DNA of 63,648 nucleotides, filler included, from Octopus bimaculoides (GCF_001194135.2; 4 parts of 4 records of this genome joined end to end with filler, not necessarily neighbours in it), one strand, 5' to 3'. Counted from the first letter of the whole stretch, positions 1 through 12,156 are shown. Notes: generated from the letters alone by a model not told the origin. Translations and numbers: made by a program.

Positions 1-27
1 CATTCATTCTTTCTTTTTTTCTTTTTT

Positions 28-112
<85 letters not shown>
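1..112 (+). repeat. (TTTC)n microsatellite
   Basis: Direct reading of the tandem TTTC run. Confidence 0.95.
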
Positions 113-115
<3 letters not shown>

Positions 116-186
116 TGAGTGTTTGTGTGTTTGTTTCTTTCTGTTTTGTCTTTTGTACTTATCAACTATTTCACCAGAACACCATT

Positions 187-335
187 TATGTATGTATGTA
201 TGCATGTATGTATGTATGTATGTATGTATGTATGTATGTATGTATGTATGTATGTATGCTACAGTATACATTTACATGTACAGAATTTAGATATCTACAT
301 ATGTGCATGATATATACATATACATACATATATTA

Positions 336-372
<37 letters not shown>
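187..372 (+). repeat. (ATGT)n followed by (AT)n microsatellites
   Basis: Tandem ATGT at 187-257 and AT at ~340-372, ending at a gap. Confidence 0.9.
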
Positions 373-1054
373 NNNNNNNNNNGTGTGTGTGTGTGTATAT
401 ATAATGATGATGATGATCATGATTATGATGACACTTTAAATTTACTTTCAACCATCAATCCATCCATACACACACAAACACATTTATATATACCCTCACA
501 TAGATATTCATATAACTGTATATGTATGAATACAATAGAATATAGAAAATCGTTAATGTAGAATCGATTAAATATAATTGATTCGTTTTGTCTAGCAAAA
601 TATATTACACCTTAAAAATAACATCACTGGCAGAAAACTCAAGGATACCAACTTCTAAAGAACAGCATAAAATCGTTTGCTATAAGTGTTCATACAAGAC
701 TATTGCTAACGTCAATAAACTGTGTAAAAGATGAACAGATATTTACGTTCCAAGTATGTACACATAATATGTTGTGTATGTTTGTGTTATATTCAGAAAA
801 AGGGAAAATGCAAATAGTACAAAATCGGTGGGAATAGATTGAGAAAAAAAAAGGTGAGAACAGGCACTAAGAAATGACTGTGGAAATAAAAGAAGGCGGA
901 TAAACAGTAGAAGACAATTGAAGAAAATGACAGCGAAGAACAATTGAAAGATAGACTTTTCACAGAAAGGCAGATGCAAATAATAGTTTAATAATCAGTG
1001 GAAAAATAATGGCAAAGGACAATGTGTAAATGGTGGGTAAATACGTTCGTAAAA

Positions 1055-1440
1055 GACTTTAGGAAAACATATTGGAAACGTATTGAAAACACACATTTGA
1101 AAATACGATGGAAAACATTTTGGAAAAGTTTTTAGTAAATACATTGTTAAAGCGTTATTAGAATAACACATTGGAAAACATATTGAAAAGCATATTGGAG
1201 GCAGATGACATTACAAAAAAAATTATTGGAAAAAAAAGTCATTGAAAACACATTTTGTAAAAGGCACCGGGAAAAGATAGTTATAAAATACATTGGTAAC
1301 AAAATATAAAAAGGGCAAAAATCAACCACAAAAAATGAGAAAGACAAAACAAAATTATTTGGAAATAAAATGAAATTTAAAACTAAAAAACAAACAAAAA
1401 AAGAGAATAGAGAAAGAAATATTGGAAAAATATTAGCTAG
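1055..1440 (+). repeat. Degenerate ~12-bp minisatellite (GAAAACATATTG-like)
   Basis: Recurrent variants ggaaaacatatt, gaaaacacattt, ggaaaacatttt and gaaaagcatatt; multiple stops in the + frames checked. Confidence 0.6.
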
Positions 1441-3232
1441 CATTGGTGACACCTTGAAAAACATCTGAGGTGGGACCGGGTTTGATTTTAAAGAATTTTG
1501 AGCATAAAAGATGCGGGTGGATGGGGGAAGAAAATGGCAGTCATCAATTACTTTCGAATTCACAAATTATNNNNNNNNNNNNNNNNNNNNNNNNNNNNNN
1601 NNNNNNNNNNNNNNNNNNNNNNNNNNNNNNNNNNNNNNNNNNNNNNNNNNNNNNNNNNNNNNNNNNNNNNNNNNNNNNNNNNNNNNNNNNNNNNNNNNNN
1701 NNNNNNNNNNNNNNNNNNNNNNNNNNNNNNNNNNNNNNNNNNNNNNNNNNNNNNNNNNNNNNNNNNNNNNNNNNNNNNNNNNNNNNNNNNNNNNNNNNNN
1801 NNNNNNNNNNNNNNNNNNNNNNNNNNNNNNNNNNNNNNNNNNNNNNNNNNNNNNNNNNNNNNNNNNNNNNNNNNNNNNNNNNNNNNNNNNNNNNNNNNNN
1901 NNNNNNNNNNNNNNNNNNNNNNNNNNNNNNNNNNNNNNNNNNNNNNNNNNNNNNNNNNNNNNNNNNNNNNNNNNNNNNNNNNNNNNNNNNNNNNNNNNNN
2001 NNNNNNNNNNNNNNNNNNNNNNNNNNNNNNNNNNNNNNNNNNNNNNNNNNNNNNNNNNNNNNNNNNNNNNNNNNNNNNNNNNNNNNNNNNNNNNNNNNNN
2101 NNNNNNNNNNNNNNNNNNNNNNNNNNNNNNNNNNNNNNNNNNNNNNNNNNNNNNNNNNNNNNNNNNNNNNNNNNNNNNNNNNNNNNNNNNNNNNNNNNNN
2201 NNNNNNNNNNNNNNNNNNNNNNNNNNNNNNNNNNNNNNNNNNNNNNNNNNNNNNNNNNNNNNNNNNNNNNNNNNNNNNNNNNNNNNNNNNNNNNNNNNNN
2301 NNNNNNNNNNNNNNNNNNNNNNNNNNNNNNNNNNNNNNNNNNNNNNNNNNNNNNNNNNNNNATGTATATATTTATATATACATGAAAATTTGACGCTATC
2401 ATATATAAAAACCATCGTCGTAAATTTCAGGAAAATCTCTTAATAAGAGAAATAGACATAGCAACAATAACAACAGTGTTAAACTACTCAAATAACAAGA
2501 ATTAAACTGGCATGTTTATTACTCTATTACTCCAATATCAGACAAATGCATAGCTAACTAACGTATTTTGAAGATAACGAGACCCCACTTCTAAAAATAA
2601 GGCAGACGCTTCAACCAATGAAATCTTGAATATTGACAATGTGGCCATAGATGTAGAAATGATGCTTAAACCATAAATATATGTCATGCATTATTACCAA
2701 CCAACACCATATTTATGTATACACATATAAACGTATATATGTATTTCTACGTATGGATGTACATACGTGTTTACACACGTAGAAATACACAGACAGACAT
2801 CAAGTGATGTTGGGAGACAAACGCAGACACACACAGACACCTCTACACAGATATACGATGGGCTTCTTTCAGTTCGACTGATTTTCGTTTTGGTATTCGG
2901 TGCGAAGTAGGCTGACGTTGACGATCCGCAGAGGCGGTGAAATCACATGATGCGGTAGTGCCATCCACTAGAGCAGACGGTTATTTCCTCAGCTGATATC
3001 GTAGGAGCTTAGTTAATATGTGGCCAACAAGAGATAAAATCTCTGGATGTTAACAGCAAGTAAAGGCGACTTAAACAACACATCCAATTTAAGTTGGATG
3101 TTCTAATTAGTATTCGGTACAAACACGGCTACTGATATTAATCGCTAATCTACGCACACACACACACACACACATGCACATTCCTACACACACAGACATA
3201 CACACTTAAATATTATATATATTATATATGCA

Positions 3233-3267
<35 letters not shown>

Positions 3268-4564
3268 CTGATGTTCATAATGGCGCGTAAGCCAAAAATA
3301 CGAAAAAAAAAAAACAGTGCAAAGGAAATAGCTTGGCGCTTGTTTTTAAAACTCATTTGAATCAGGATTAATATAAGTAATATTTTTCAAAATGTTCTTA
3401 ATTTGCTAACATAAGAAGTAATGTGAAGTAATAATGCTGCTTGAATCAGGCATTTTAATGTACCAAATTGGGTAATTAATACTCTGAAGTAAGTCTATAA
3501 TAGCATTTACTAAACTCATTGTTATTTTGAAATAATAGCAGAGATTGCAAGGTAAATTTAAATGAAAAGAAACGAGAAATATGAAGTAGCGTAGCATAAA
3601 ATTAACCATTGAATTTAAATACCGTTCGATTCTGTTCCTCTTGTAAACCAAATGTGATGCGGAAATTGCATGAATATATTGATAAAAGCTAATCTGAAAA
3701 GAAATTTTTAGTCAAACCAATCTAACTTGTGAGAATACTTTCGCATTCGAATGCAATTATCTTTAAAGAGGCAATTCTTCGGGATATGCATTTATGAGTA
3801 GAATACTTGATTATATTGCGGTTGGAAAGAGTTTTTAGAATGAAGTTGATTAATGAAGCTTGCAAATTTTTACAATAACTACTAAGCTTGATAAAAATTC
3901 TATTACAAATCTCATGATATTTTCCTATTCATCAGACTGATGAGAATAAAGGCGAAAAGTCTGTGGAAATATTTGTACTTACGTTACAACTGAAGGCTGG
4001 ATTATAACATAACATATTTCTTAGTCTAATTTTAAATTTTGGACATTAGAGCACGTTGTGTATTGCATTTTATCTGTTACGCCTCTATTACAAGTTTTCT
4101 ACTGAGAAACGCAAGTGAACGAACTCTACTAAAAATTCTGAGGGCATACGTTTTCTAACATATGGAAACAAATCTTTAAATAAAATTTTCGTTTTGTAAT
4201 CTAGATTTTAATTGCAGATTCACTACTTTGTATGATGTTGATAGGGAAAAGTTAAAGTAAAGTTTGTAGTAAATTTTAAAGTGGAGGGAAGAATACAAGG
4301 ATGTCAAATTTCTATAAATAGACGTATGTGATTGAAAAGGTTAGTGTGAAGGTAGGAATTAGGGAGGAGAAAAGAAGGTATAATGACATTGTAGGTGGAC
4401 AGTAAAAGATAACATTTATTTTGAGATTGCATACTTATACAATTAAATTTTAATAAACAATTATTACATATACAATTAACTTTTATTCTATACAATGATA
4501 CAATACAAAAGTGGTGAAATTTTTATAATACAAACACCATTATTATAATACAACCCTAACAATA

Positions 4565-4713
4565 TAACCCGACGAAAACGAGCGATAGAATAAGTACTAG
4601 GCTTAAAAAATAAGTCCTGCGGTCGATTTGATTGACTAAAACCGTTCAAGGTAGTGTGGTGTTCCAGCATGACCGCCGTCAAATGACTGACACAAGCAAA
4701 AGAATAAAAGAAT
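4565..4713 (+). mobile_element. 3' half of SINE family C
   Basis: gatagaataagtactaggctta...ccagcatgacc...aaatgactga...aaaagaataaaagaata matches the 3' half of the full copy at 36606-36990. Confidence 0.8.
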
Positions 4714-4804
4714 ATGTGTGTGCGTTGTGTGTGTGTGGTGGGTGGGTGTGTTACTATAGAACACGTCGCTTTCACTTTGGTCTATAGACCGCGTCGCTTT
4801 CTAC

Positions 4805-5268
4805 CTAGTTCTCGAAGACAAACCTATTGCGCCAAGCATTTCGATACATCATCGCTACCTTCCGTTCTTGGATGAAATCCAGCCGTCTGCCCTTATTCAA
4901 ATTGTCGATAAATGTCAGACGATGTCTCCCCACGCTTACCAGTACTATGCAGTGGGTCTCAGAGAACAAGTTTTGATACTTATTCTTCCTGCTACTGCAT
5001 GCGGCGCGAAGACGTTGTTCTCTGATAATGTTGATCGCTTTTGGAAGGCTTCCAGAGAAAGGATCATAGATAATATGCTGTTGCCATTTCGCATCGAGGA
5101 AGGTCCATAACATCCTTGTGTTAAAGTCATCTAAACACTTCTTTGCTAATTTGGTAAGTGTCCACGTTTCGCTGCCAAAGGAAAGCACTGAAATTTCTGC
5201 TCCCCTTAACAGTCTTGGCTTCCACATTCTCTTGAGTTTGTGACACGCAATTGTAATTCTTACTTTTA
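4805..5268 (-). mobile_element. Decayed RTE-type LINE, C-terminal region downstream of RT
   Basis: Translation ...SVLSFGSETWTLTK...LDDFNTRML...KWQQHI...LPK...IREQRLR...GRHRLTFIDNL...AMMYRNAW resembles the RTE-type motif series (LYGSETWTLT, LDGxYTRMLR, IRERRL, GRPRLTYIDNL). Confidence 0.8.
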
Positions 5269-5412
5269 TGAACACACACACAAACACACACGCGCGCACA
5301 CACACACATACATACACACACCACACACAAGCACATGCACACACGCTCACATACACGCAAGCACACATACACACAAACGTGAATGTAATAAAACTAAAAA
5401 AAAAATGTTACA

Positions 5413-5644
5413 TTCTCAAGTCATGGCGACTCATAAGAGCCGGTTTCCGGTTTCCATGGCGTATAAATTCCCTACCTAAACGGGACACTGGTACGTCGCA
5501 GGATTACTGGTTTTTGCCAGCTTAGTGGATTAGATCAACGTGAAATGACGTGTTTTGCTCAAGAACACAACACCGATAAACCAGACCGATAACCAAAACC
5601 ACAAACTTACACCCACACCCTAACCACTAAGCCACGCACCTCCA
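5413..5644 (-). mobile_element. tRNA-derived CORE-type SINE (family B head, D-type tail)
   Basis: The minus strand reads gtgcgtggcttagtggttag (A box) and gttgtgttcttgagcaaaacac (CORE-like). The tail is shared with 38996-39273. Confidence 0.7.
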
Positions 5645-5854
5645 CTATCATAGAACTGGACTATTCTAACACATAATTCCACTCTAGACATAATATATTG
5701 AGTACTATTTATTGATTATTGTTAATCTTGTCGATGTTAACATATGCCTTAGTTATATACATACATAGATATATAGACACAAATGTGCGCACACACTCAG
5801 AAACATATACATTCACTCAGAAGCTCACGAAGTATTCAACGTATGCAATATTCA

Positions 5855-6253
5855 TTTTGTAGTGAAGTGATGTGTGATATGTGCAAGAAATCAGATTTCC
5901 TTAATTTCTCCAAGAGAAGATTAATTAGACTAAGGTGCAAGCAAGCAATGATTGCGTTTGCTGTGATGCAAGTGAAGACGACAACAGTAGTGGTGGTGGT
6001 AGTGGTGTTGGATGGAATCGGTGATGTTGGAATCGTTGTTATTGTTGTTTTTAGTGATAGTGCTGCTGTTAATGGTGATGATGGCGATTCTGAAGCTATC
6101 GATAGCCATCGTCGACTCCCAACAATAGCGAACAACAACAAGAATATTAGATTAAAGAAACTGGTGAGAAGTGTGGTGAGCAATAAACGAGGTTGACGAT
6201 GGGTTAAGGATCAAGTAACATAACAATGGACAACAACAGAAATATATAAATGG

Positions 6254-6329
<76 letters not shown>

Positions 6330-6410
6330 TCCTTTACTTCTTGAAAATGTATTTTCTTGCAGAATTCGTGGTGTGATAGAGAATAAGGTTTTCTAATTTG
6401 GGGTTCTTTA
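5855..6410. repeat. Local triplicated unit, copy 1
   Basis: Core 5870-5944, then motif AATATTAGATTAAA, a (CTA)n tract and GAATAAGGTTTTCT; all are shared with 7225-7910 and 9190-9700. Confidence 0.85.
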
Positions 6411-6559
6411 TTGAGCAAGAGGGCCAACTACATATAGGACAGAACATTGTATGCATAGGTGTAATATACGTACCTCTTATGGCTGAAAGGTGAAGTCGGC
6501 GCTGGTGAAGCTAATGCATGTATGCTTATAGATCGCTAGCCACTATACATTCTTCTTTT

Positions 6560-6712
6560 CTCTCCTTGTTTCTTTCTGTGTTCCTTTCTGTGGAAGAGCG
6601 TAGGCTCGAAACGTTAAAGACATTTTCACTTCCCGAGCGTTATACTAATACATTTGTTTGTTGTCTACACCACCTGTCTTCATCTTATGTTTTTTGTGTG
6701 TGAATTCTCCCC
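6560..6712 (+). mobile_element. Penelope-like 3' end (pLTR fragment) with minimal hammerhead-like motif
   Basis: CTTT-CTGTGGA-A-GAGC-gtag-GCTC-GAAAC-GTT-AAAG at 6584-6619. The downstream tail (taatacat...ctacaccacctgtcttc...gtgaatt) recurs at 53440-53500 after a PLE RT remnant. Confidence 0.7.
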
Positions 6713-7031
6713 TATACATACTCATACAGTTATGAATTCGACTTAAATGCGTATATATATATATTAATACATATCGACATCTATGAATATTTAAAAAAAG
6801 TATTTAGAAAAATATAAATATATATATAAATATACATAAAAATATATGTAGGTAAAACCCATGTGGGATATATATGGAAAGAAGTGTGAGAAAAAGAACT
6901 AATAAAAATGTTTTTTCGTACTAAAATTAAGGGGTGTTAAGAGTTTCAATTAAAAGATCCATAGAATTAAATGAGTTTTTTAAAGTACATAAATGGTATA
7001 TAAGGTATGTAATACAATTCGAGGAAGTGCA

Positions 7032-7123
7032 CTTCCTACGGCCGTTTCCAGAGTTCATGACTTGGTAGAAAATTAATAGAAGTCTTACAAACCATGCAGA
7101 CAATGTCCCTTTCATCAGGAAAG
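7032..7123 (-). ncRNA. Type I hammerhead ribozyme motif (PLE-type), intact core
   Basis: Minus strand CTTTC-CTGATGA-A-AGGG-[53 nt]-CTCT-G-GAAAC-GGCC-GTA|GGAAG. Helix I has 5 bp (one G-U), helix II 4 bp, and loop III is a palindromic tetraloop. Confidence 0.7.
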
Positions 7124-7162
7124 GTATAATCATAAAATCACATTCTCGACAATGTTTTTTAG

Positions 7163-7204
<42 letters not shown>

Positions 7205-7224
7205 GGCGTGTGTGCGATATTTAT

Positions 7225-7591
7225 CTAGTGATGAAATGAATGCTGTGTAATATGTGCAAGAAATCAGAATTCCTTAATTTCTCCAAGAGAAAATTAATTA
7301 AAATGAAGTGTTACCAATAAACCGTGTTACACGCTAGTTGTAGTAGTGGCAAGAGAGTTGCTGGCAATAGTGGGTGACGGTCAGAAGGAGGTTGGCGGTG
7401 TCGATGAGCGTCATTGACTACCACGTACAACGGTGGTGGACGACAATATTAGATTAAACGAACTAGGTCGACGTTATGGCGAGCAGTATACGAGTTGGCG
7501 GAGGGGTTATGCGAGGGGTCAAGTGAGACAGCAAATAGACAATGATGAATTGATACGAAATAAAACAACAACAATAACAACAACAACAACA

Positions 7592-7667
<76 letters not shown>

Positions 7668-7731
7668 NNNNNNNNNNGCTACTGCTGCTGATACTGCCGG
7701 TGCAGCCGCTGCAGCCGCTGCAGCCGCTGCT

Positions 7732-7802
<71 letters not shown>

Positions 7803-7910
7803 GGGTAGAGATGGAGGTGACTCCTTCTAATACGTTTATTGGCAGGTGGATGAGAGCGGAAAGGCTAGTCAGAATGAATGTTCCTAACCTGAATAGGATT
7901 TCCTAAGTAG
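7225..7910. repeat. Local triplicated unit, copy 2 (most diverged)
   Basis: Core at 7244-7316, AATATTAGATTAAAC at ~7445, (CAA)n(CTA)n(CTG)n tract, and gaataggatttccta at ~7890. Confidence 0.75.
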
Positions 7911-8164
7911 GAGGAAACTGGGAAATGATACATTCGACGCCTCGAATATGATAGAGTAATCTGGGTCTTTCAGTCGGGTTTCCGTTGTGTTGGCCTAGGT
8001 GGTATTTCTCACGACTAGGAAATTTTCCTTCTTCACTTTTTTTTATTATAAAATTGTCATAAGTTTTATTTTTTGTTGATTTTTCTTGATGTAAAATCTA
8101 CTCTCGTGTCTTGCATTTCGTCTTTGGTATTGCCCTCAATGCTTCGAGCTCTTGTGCCAATAAC

Positions 8165-8315
8165 CTGATGAGCTAGCAGAATCTTTAGCAGCCCGATAAA
8201 AAATACTGAGCAGCATTTCATCCATCTTCCCGTTCTGAGTTCAAATATTGCCGCGGTCGACTTTGCCTTTCATCCTTTCGGGGACCAAAATCAAGTACTG
8301 GGGTTAATGTATCAT
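8165..8315 (+). mobile_element. SINE family A, diverged
   Basis: cgttctgagttcaaat...ggtcgactttgcctttcatcctttcgggg matches the family A core. Confidence 0.8.
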
Positions 8316-8329
8316 TTGCTTCATCTACT

Positions 8330-8412
8330 TTCCCAAAAATTCACATAAATTTTCACAGCAAAATCTTGTATGGACCCCCGAGGGCCATATGGATCCCAGT
8401 TGAAAACCACTT
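8330..8412 (+). mobile_element. Right end of hAT/Charlie-type MITE
   Basis: aaaatcttgtatggacccc...cccagttgaaaaccact followed by atctaaat; homologous to the right end of 19326-19656. Confidence 0.55.
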
Positions 8413-8704
8413 ATCTAAATAATTTGAAAAGGTGAACGAGAGACGAAAATTCGAAGTCACTGTCACCACTTACCCTTGTTAAAATAAGTACCACACTTTA
8501 ACTTTATGTATTGAGTGTACCATCATTCAAAGTTAAGATGTTTAATATATGTATGTACGAATAAAAAATATATATATATATGTTAAATTCAAATTACGAC
8601 AAACGTAAATAAACAAACGAAGTTTGCTTTTTAGAAGCGTTGAGATGTCTTTTAGAAAGTTAAGGAAGTGATTTTAAATTCTCAATCGCAGAATAATGCT
8701 AATA

Positions 8705-8822
8705 ATATAGCCTGAACAGGATAAACTACCTCTATTTTGCAGAGAAAAGTGTAGGTGACTAGCTGTGGACACCTACACTTTTCTCTGCAAAATAGGGGTA
8801 GTTTATCCTGTTCAGGCTATAT
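8705..8822. repeat. Near-perfect inverted repeat (53-bp arms, 12-nt loop)
   Basis: 8705-8757 is the reverse complement of 8770-8822 with one mismatch. Confidence 0.95.
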
Positions 8823-8950
8823 ATATATATATCTTCGGCTGTCCATCGTAAGTCGACTTTGACTTTTCTTGATTAGTAATCATCTCTAGTAAGCTCTCAT
8901 GTGGTGTACAAGGCCTGTTCTTGATGTGCAGCAATTTACACACACATATG

Positions 8951-8999
<49 letters not shown>

Positions 9000-9100
9000 N
9001 NNNNNNNNNNNNNNNNNNNNNNNNNNNNNNNNNNNNNNNNNNNNNNNNNNNNNNNNNNNNNNNNNNNNNNNNNNNNNNNNNNNNNNNNNNNNNNNNNNNN

Positions 9101-9140
<40 letters not shown>

Positions 9141-9189
9141 TGTATGTATGTGTATGTGTATATATGTGTTTACATACACCACGATATTT

Positions 9190-9546
9190 GCTTTGTAGTG
9201 AAGTAATTCATGTGTGATATGTGCAAGAAATGAGATTTCCTTAATTTCTCCAAGAGAAGATTAATTAGAGTAAGGTGTAAGCAATAGCCGTGTCTGCGGT
9301 ACAAGTGGTGATGGTGGTTGTGATGCTGCTGCTCATGTTGAAGATGGTGAATACTGGGAAGTATTGATAGCCGTCATCGACTCCCAACAATAGCTGACAA
9401 CATAGAATATTAGATTAAAGAAACTAGTGGGAAGTGGGGTGAGGTGGGGGAGTGAGCAATAAACGGGTTGATGATGGGTTAAAGATCGAATAACAGAACA
9501 AACGGACAACAATCAAAGTAAAGGGACAACAACAACAACAACAACA

Positions 9547-9610
<64 letters not shown>

Positions 9611-9700
9611 TTCTTGTTATTTTCTTTTGTTTAGCAAATAATATTTCTTCTTGTAGCAGAAATGGAGTGATAACGAATAGGGTTTTCTGATTTTGATTTC
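9190..9700. repeat. Local triplicated unit, copy 3
   Basis: Core 9210-9284 differs from copy 1 at 3 of 75 nt; same downstream motifs and (CAA)n(CTA)n tract. Confidence 0.85.
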
Positions 9701-9703
9701 TGA

Positions 9704-9934
9704 TTTCTTTATTGCCCACAAGGGGCTAAACATAGAGGGGACAAACAAGGACAGACAAAGGGATTAAGTCGATTACATCGACCCCAGTGCGTAACTGGCA
9801 CTTAATTTATCGACCCCGAAAGGATGAAAGGCAAAGTCGACCTCGGCGGAGTTTGAACTCAGAACATAACGGCAGACGAAATACCGCTAAGCATTTCGCC
9901 CGGCGTGCTAACGATTCTGCCAGCTCACCGCCTT
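9704..9934 (-). mobile_element. Full-length SINE family A (tRNA-derived, octopus-type)
   Basis: Reverse complement of the 54181-54413 copy: tRNA-like head with B box gagttcaaa, then a ggtcgactttgcctttcatcctttcggggtcgataaa domain, then a tail ending gggcaataaagaaa. Confidence 0.9.
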
Positions 9935-11057
9935 ATTTTGATTTCTGTCCTGGACAAAATGTGCTGGGCACTATTTACAGACGAGGGGAAGAACGTATGT
10001 AGTACCGCGTAAAATCACATTGAAAATTATTTTAAATAACATATTAAAAAATTGTGACCCCCTCAACTGGGAGGATGTTCTAAATATGAAAATGTCAAGA
10101 AAGCAGGAAATCTCGATCACCTTAACTTTTGAGTAGATTCTATGACTTGACTGCATTCGTCAGTCAAAATTCAAGACCTGACCATCTCACACGTAGCAGA
10201 TTTAACTCTTGCATCCGTTTCTTTCATCGAGTTCGCGAGCAGACGACACCTAACGTTTCATCCTCATCCTACACTTCAAACTGAACTTGAAGACATTGAT
10301 GAGATATATTGTGAGAGATTTACAGAATGAAACTATGTGAAGATATCTATTCCACCATTCTACTACAAACTGTTCTGCCATATTCTCCAATCATAAATAA
10401 TATTACAGTCATAAAATTTCAGTTAATTACTGATTTAATCACAAACTGAATGTGATATAATAATGCTCAGATAAGTCAAAACTGTTATAATATTTTTAAT
10501 GTATTTAGGGAAGGCTTTCTTAGACGCAACTTTTCCAAACCCTTTTACCCTGCAACCGCTTTCCTCATACTCTCAAGACCGAGAAAACCTACCTGTCCCT
10601 ACATGAAAAAGGAGGACAGTGTGGAGATCTTTAAAAGGGGTCTTGATCAAGGGACGGATTCTACATGCGATAACAGTCGTTCGACATCGTTCCACGTTTT
10701 AGCAATATTCCGAACACTAAACAAGTACGTGACGAAACGGATTCATCGATGTCTGCGCATTTCGGACAGGGGCGACTGATGACACATAGGTATCTGCACA
10801 GTTCATATGGACGAGATAATGCCCTCCAGTAGCACGGGCAGGCAGGGATTTCCATGTGTCGTAATATAATGCTCCGGAATATATTTTCAAGCTGGTTGTA
10901 GTCGACGCTCAATGTTTCTACGGGAACTTTATCGCTCAGCATGTCCAGTAAGTCCACCGTCATCAATTCACAGCAGGGAAAGTTCACCGTTTGAATTTTT
11001 TAAACATAATTTACCATCTTCAATTTTTCTCTCGTTTATTTTTTTCAATTAAATAAC

Positions 11058-11058
<1 letters not shown>

Positions 11059-11131
<73 letters not shown>
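11059..11131 (+). repeat. (ATT)n microsatellite
   Basis: Direct reading. Confidence 0.95.
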
Positions 11132-11132
<1 letters not shown>

Positions 11133-11551
11133 CATCATTTGTATGAAGCAGATGAACAAGGACAGTGAAAGTCTCACAAAGCAACCATTAAAAGGAAAGT
11201 GTGAAACAAGTATAATTGATTAAGAAAAACACAATAAAGATGTACGGTCAATAAATAACAGATTCTGAAGCTATGCATACATGCATACGTATATACATAT
11301 ATACATATATACATACATGCATTCATATATACATGCACGTAAACACACATATATTTATTCATACATATATACAGGCACATACATACAAAAGTATACTGAT
11401 ATACTTATATGTGTATACATACACATACATATATAATTACATATATATACAAATGCACATGTAGGTACATATGTTTATATTTATACAATATAGATTGATA
11501 CATACATTTGTATATGTATACATATGTGTGTACATATATGCATTTATACAC

Positions 11552-11587
<36 letters not shown>

Positions 11588-12013
11588 TTGTGTGCGTGTG
11601 CGTGTATTTCGGAGTTGCATTATAAGGGTTAGGTAAGTGTCATGAACTGAGATTGTGCGTTGAATCTAAAGTAGTTTTATAGAAAGATACATAAAACTGT
11701 TAAAGCTCGTTTTATTTCGTGAGCAAACAAAATATATTTTGCACTGCTGCGACCTTGTCTCTGGTAAAGCTTCATCGGTCTAAGAGTTTGATGGGACGAA
11801 GTGGTGTGTCCTTGAGGGAGGAAGTTTATTTCATGTCACTCAATCTACTTAAACTTAAAATCTTCCTCATAGTCGATGTTGTCTGCATTACCCTGATATG
11901 CATGTATATACACATGTAGATGTAAGTATGTACATATATGTGTGTATACATGTATATATATTCTTTGTATTATTACATTATTGAACGCACACGTCCTATT
12001 TTGCAAGTAAGTC

Positions 12014-12053
<40 letters not shown>

Positions 12054-12124
12054 TTTCACAGGGTGAAATCTGAAGGTGAACGAGATTTATTCTATGCTCT
12101 ATTACGTTCTTAACAGAATATACC

Positions 12125-12156
<32 letters not shown>

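Noticed and set aside
115-336. YVCM, HT, CV, YI, SS and LL repeat ORFs throughout the track
   Set aside because: They are translations of microsatellites.
1470-2443. Long ORFs full of X (also at 20.1, 23.7, 27.4, 29.5, 32.7, 46.6, 55.3 and 58.2 kb)
   Set aside because: They are open only because N gaps contain no stop codons.
3930-3965. Hammerhead-like CTGATGA...GAAA (also 48661-48725 and 59715-59735 minus)
   Set aside because: Helix I or II cannot form.
5873-5945. C2H2 zinc finger (CDMCKKSDF)
   Set aside because: No histidines follow, and copy 3 has an in-frame TGA.
5836-6183. Secreted peptide gene family on the minus strand
   Set aside because: The signal-peptide-like ORF exists only in copy 1; the frame is broken in copies 2 and 3.
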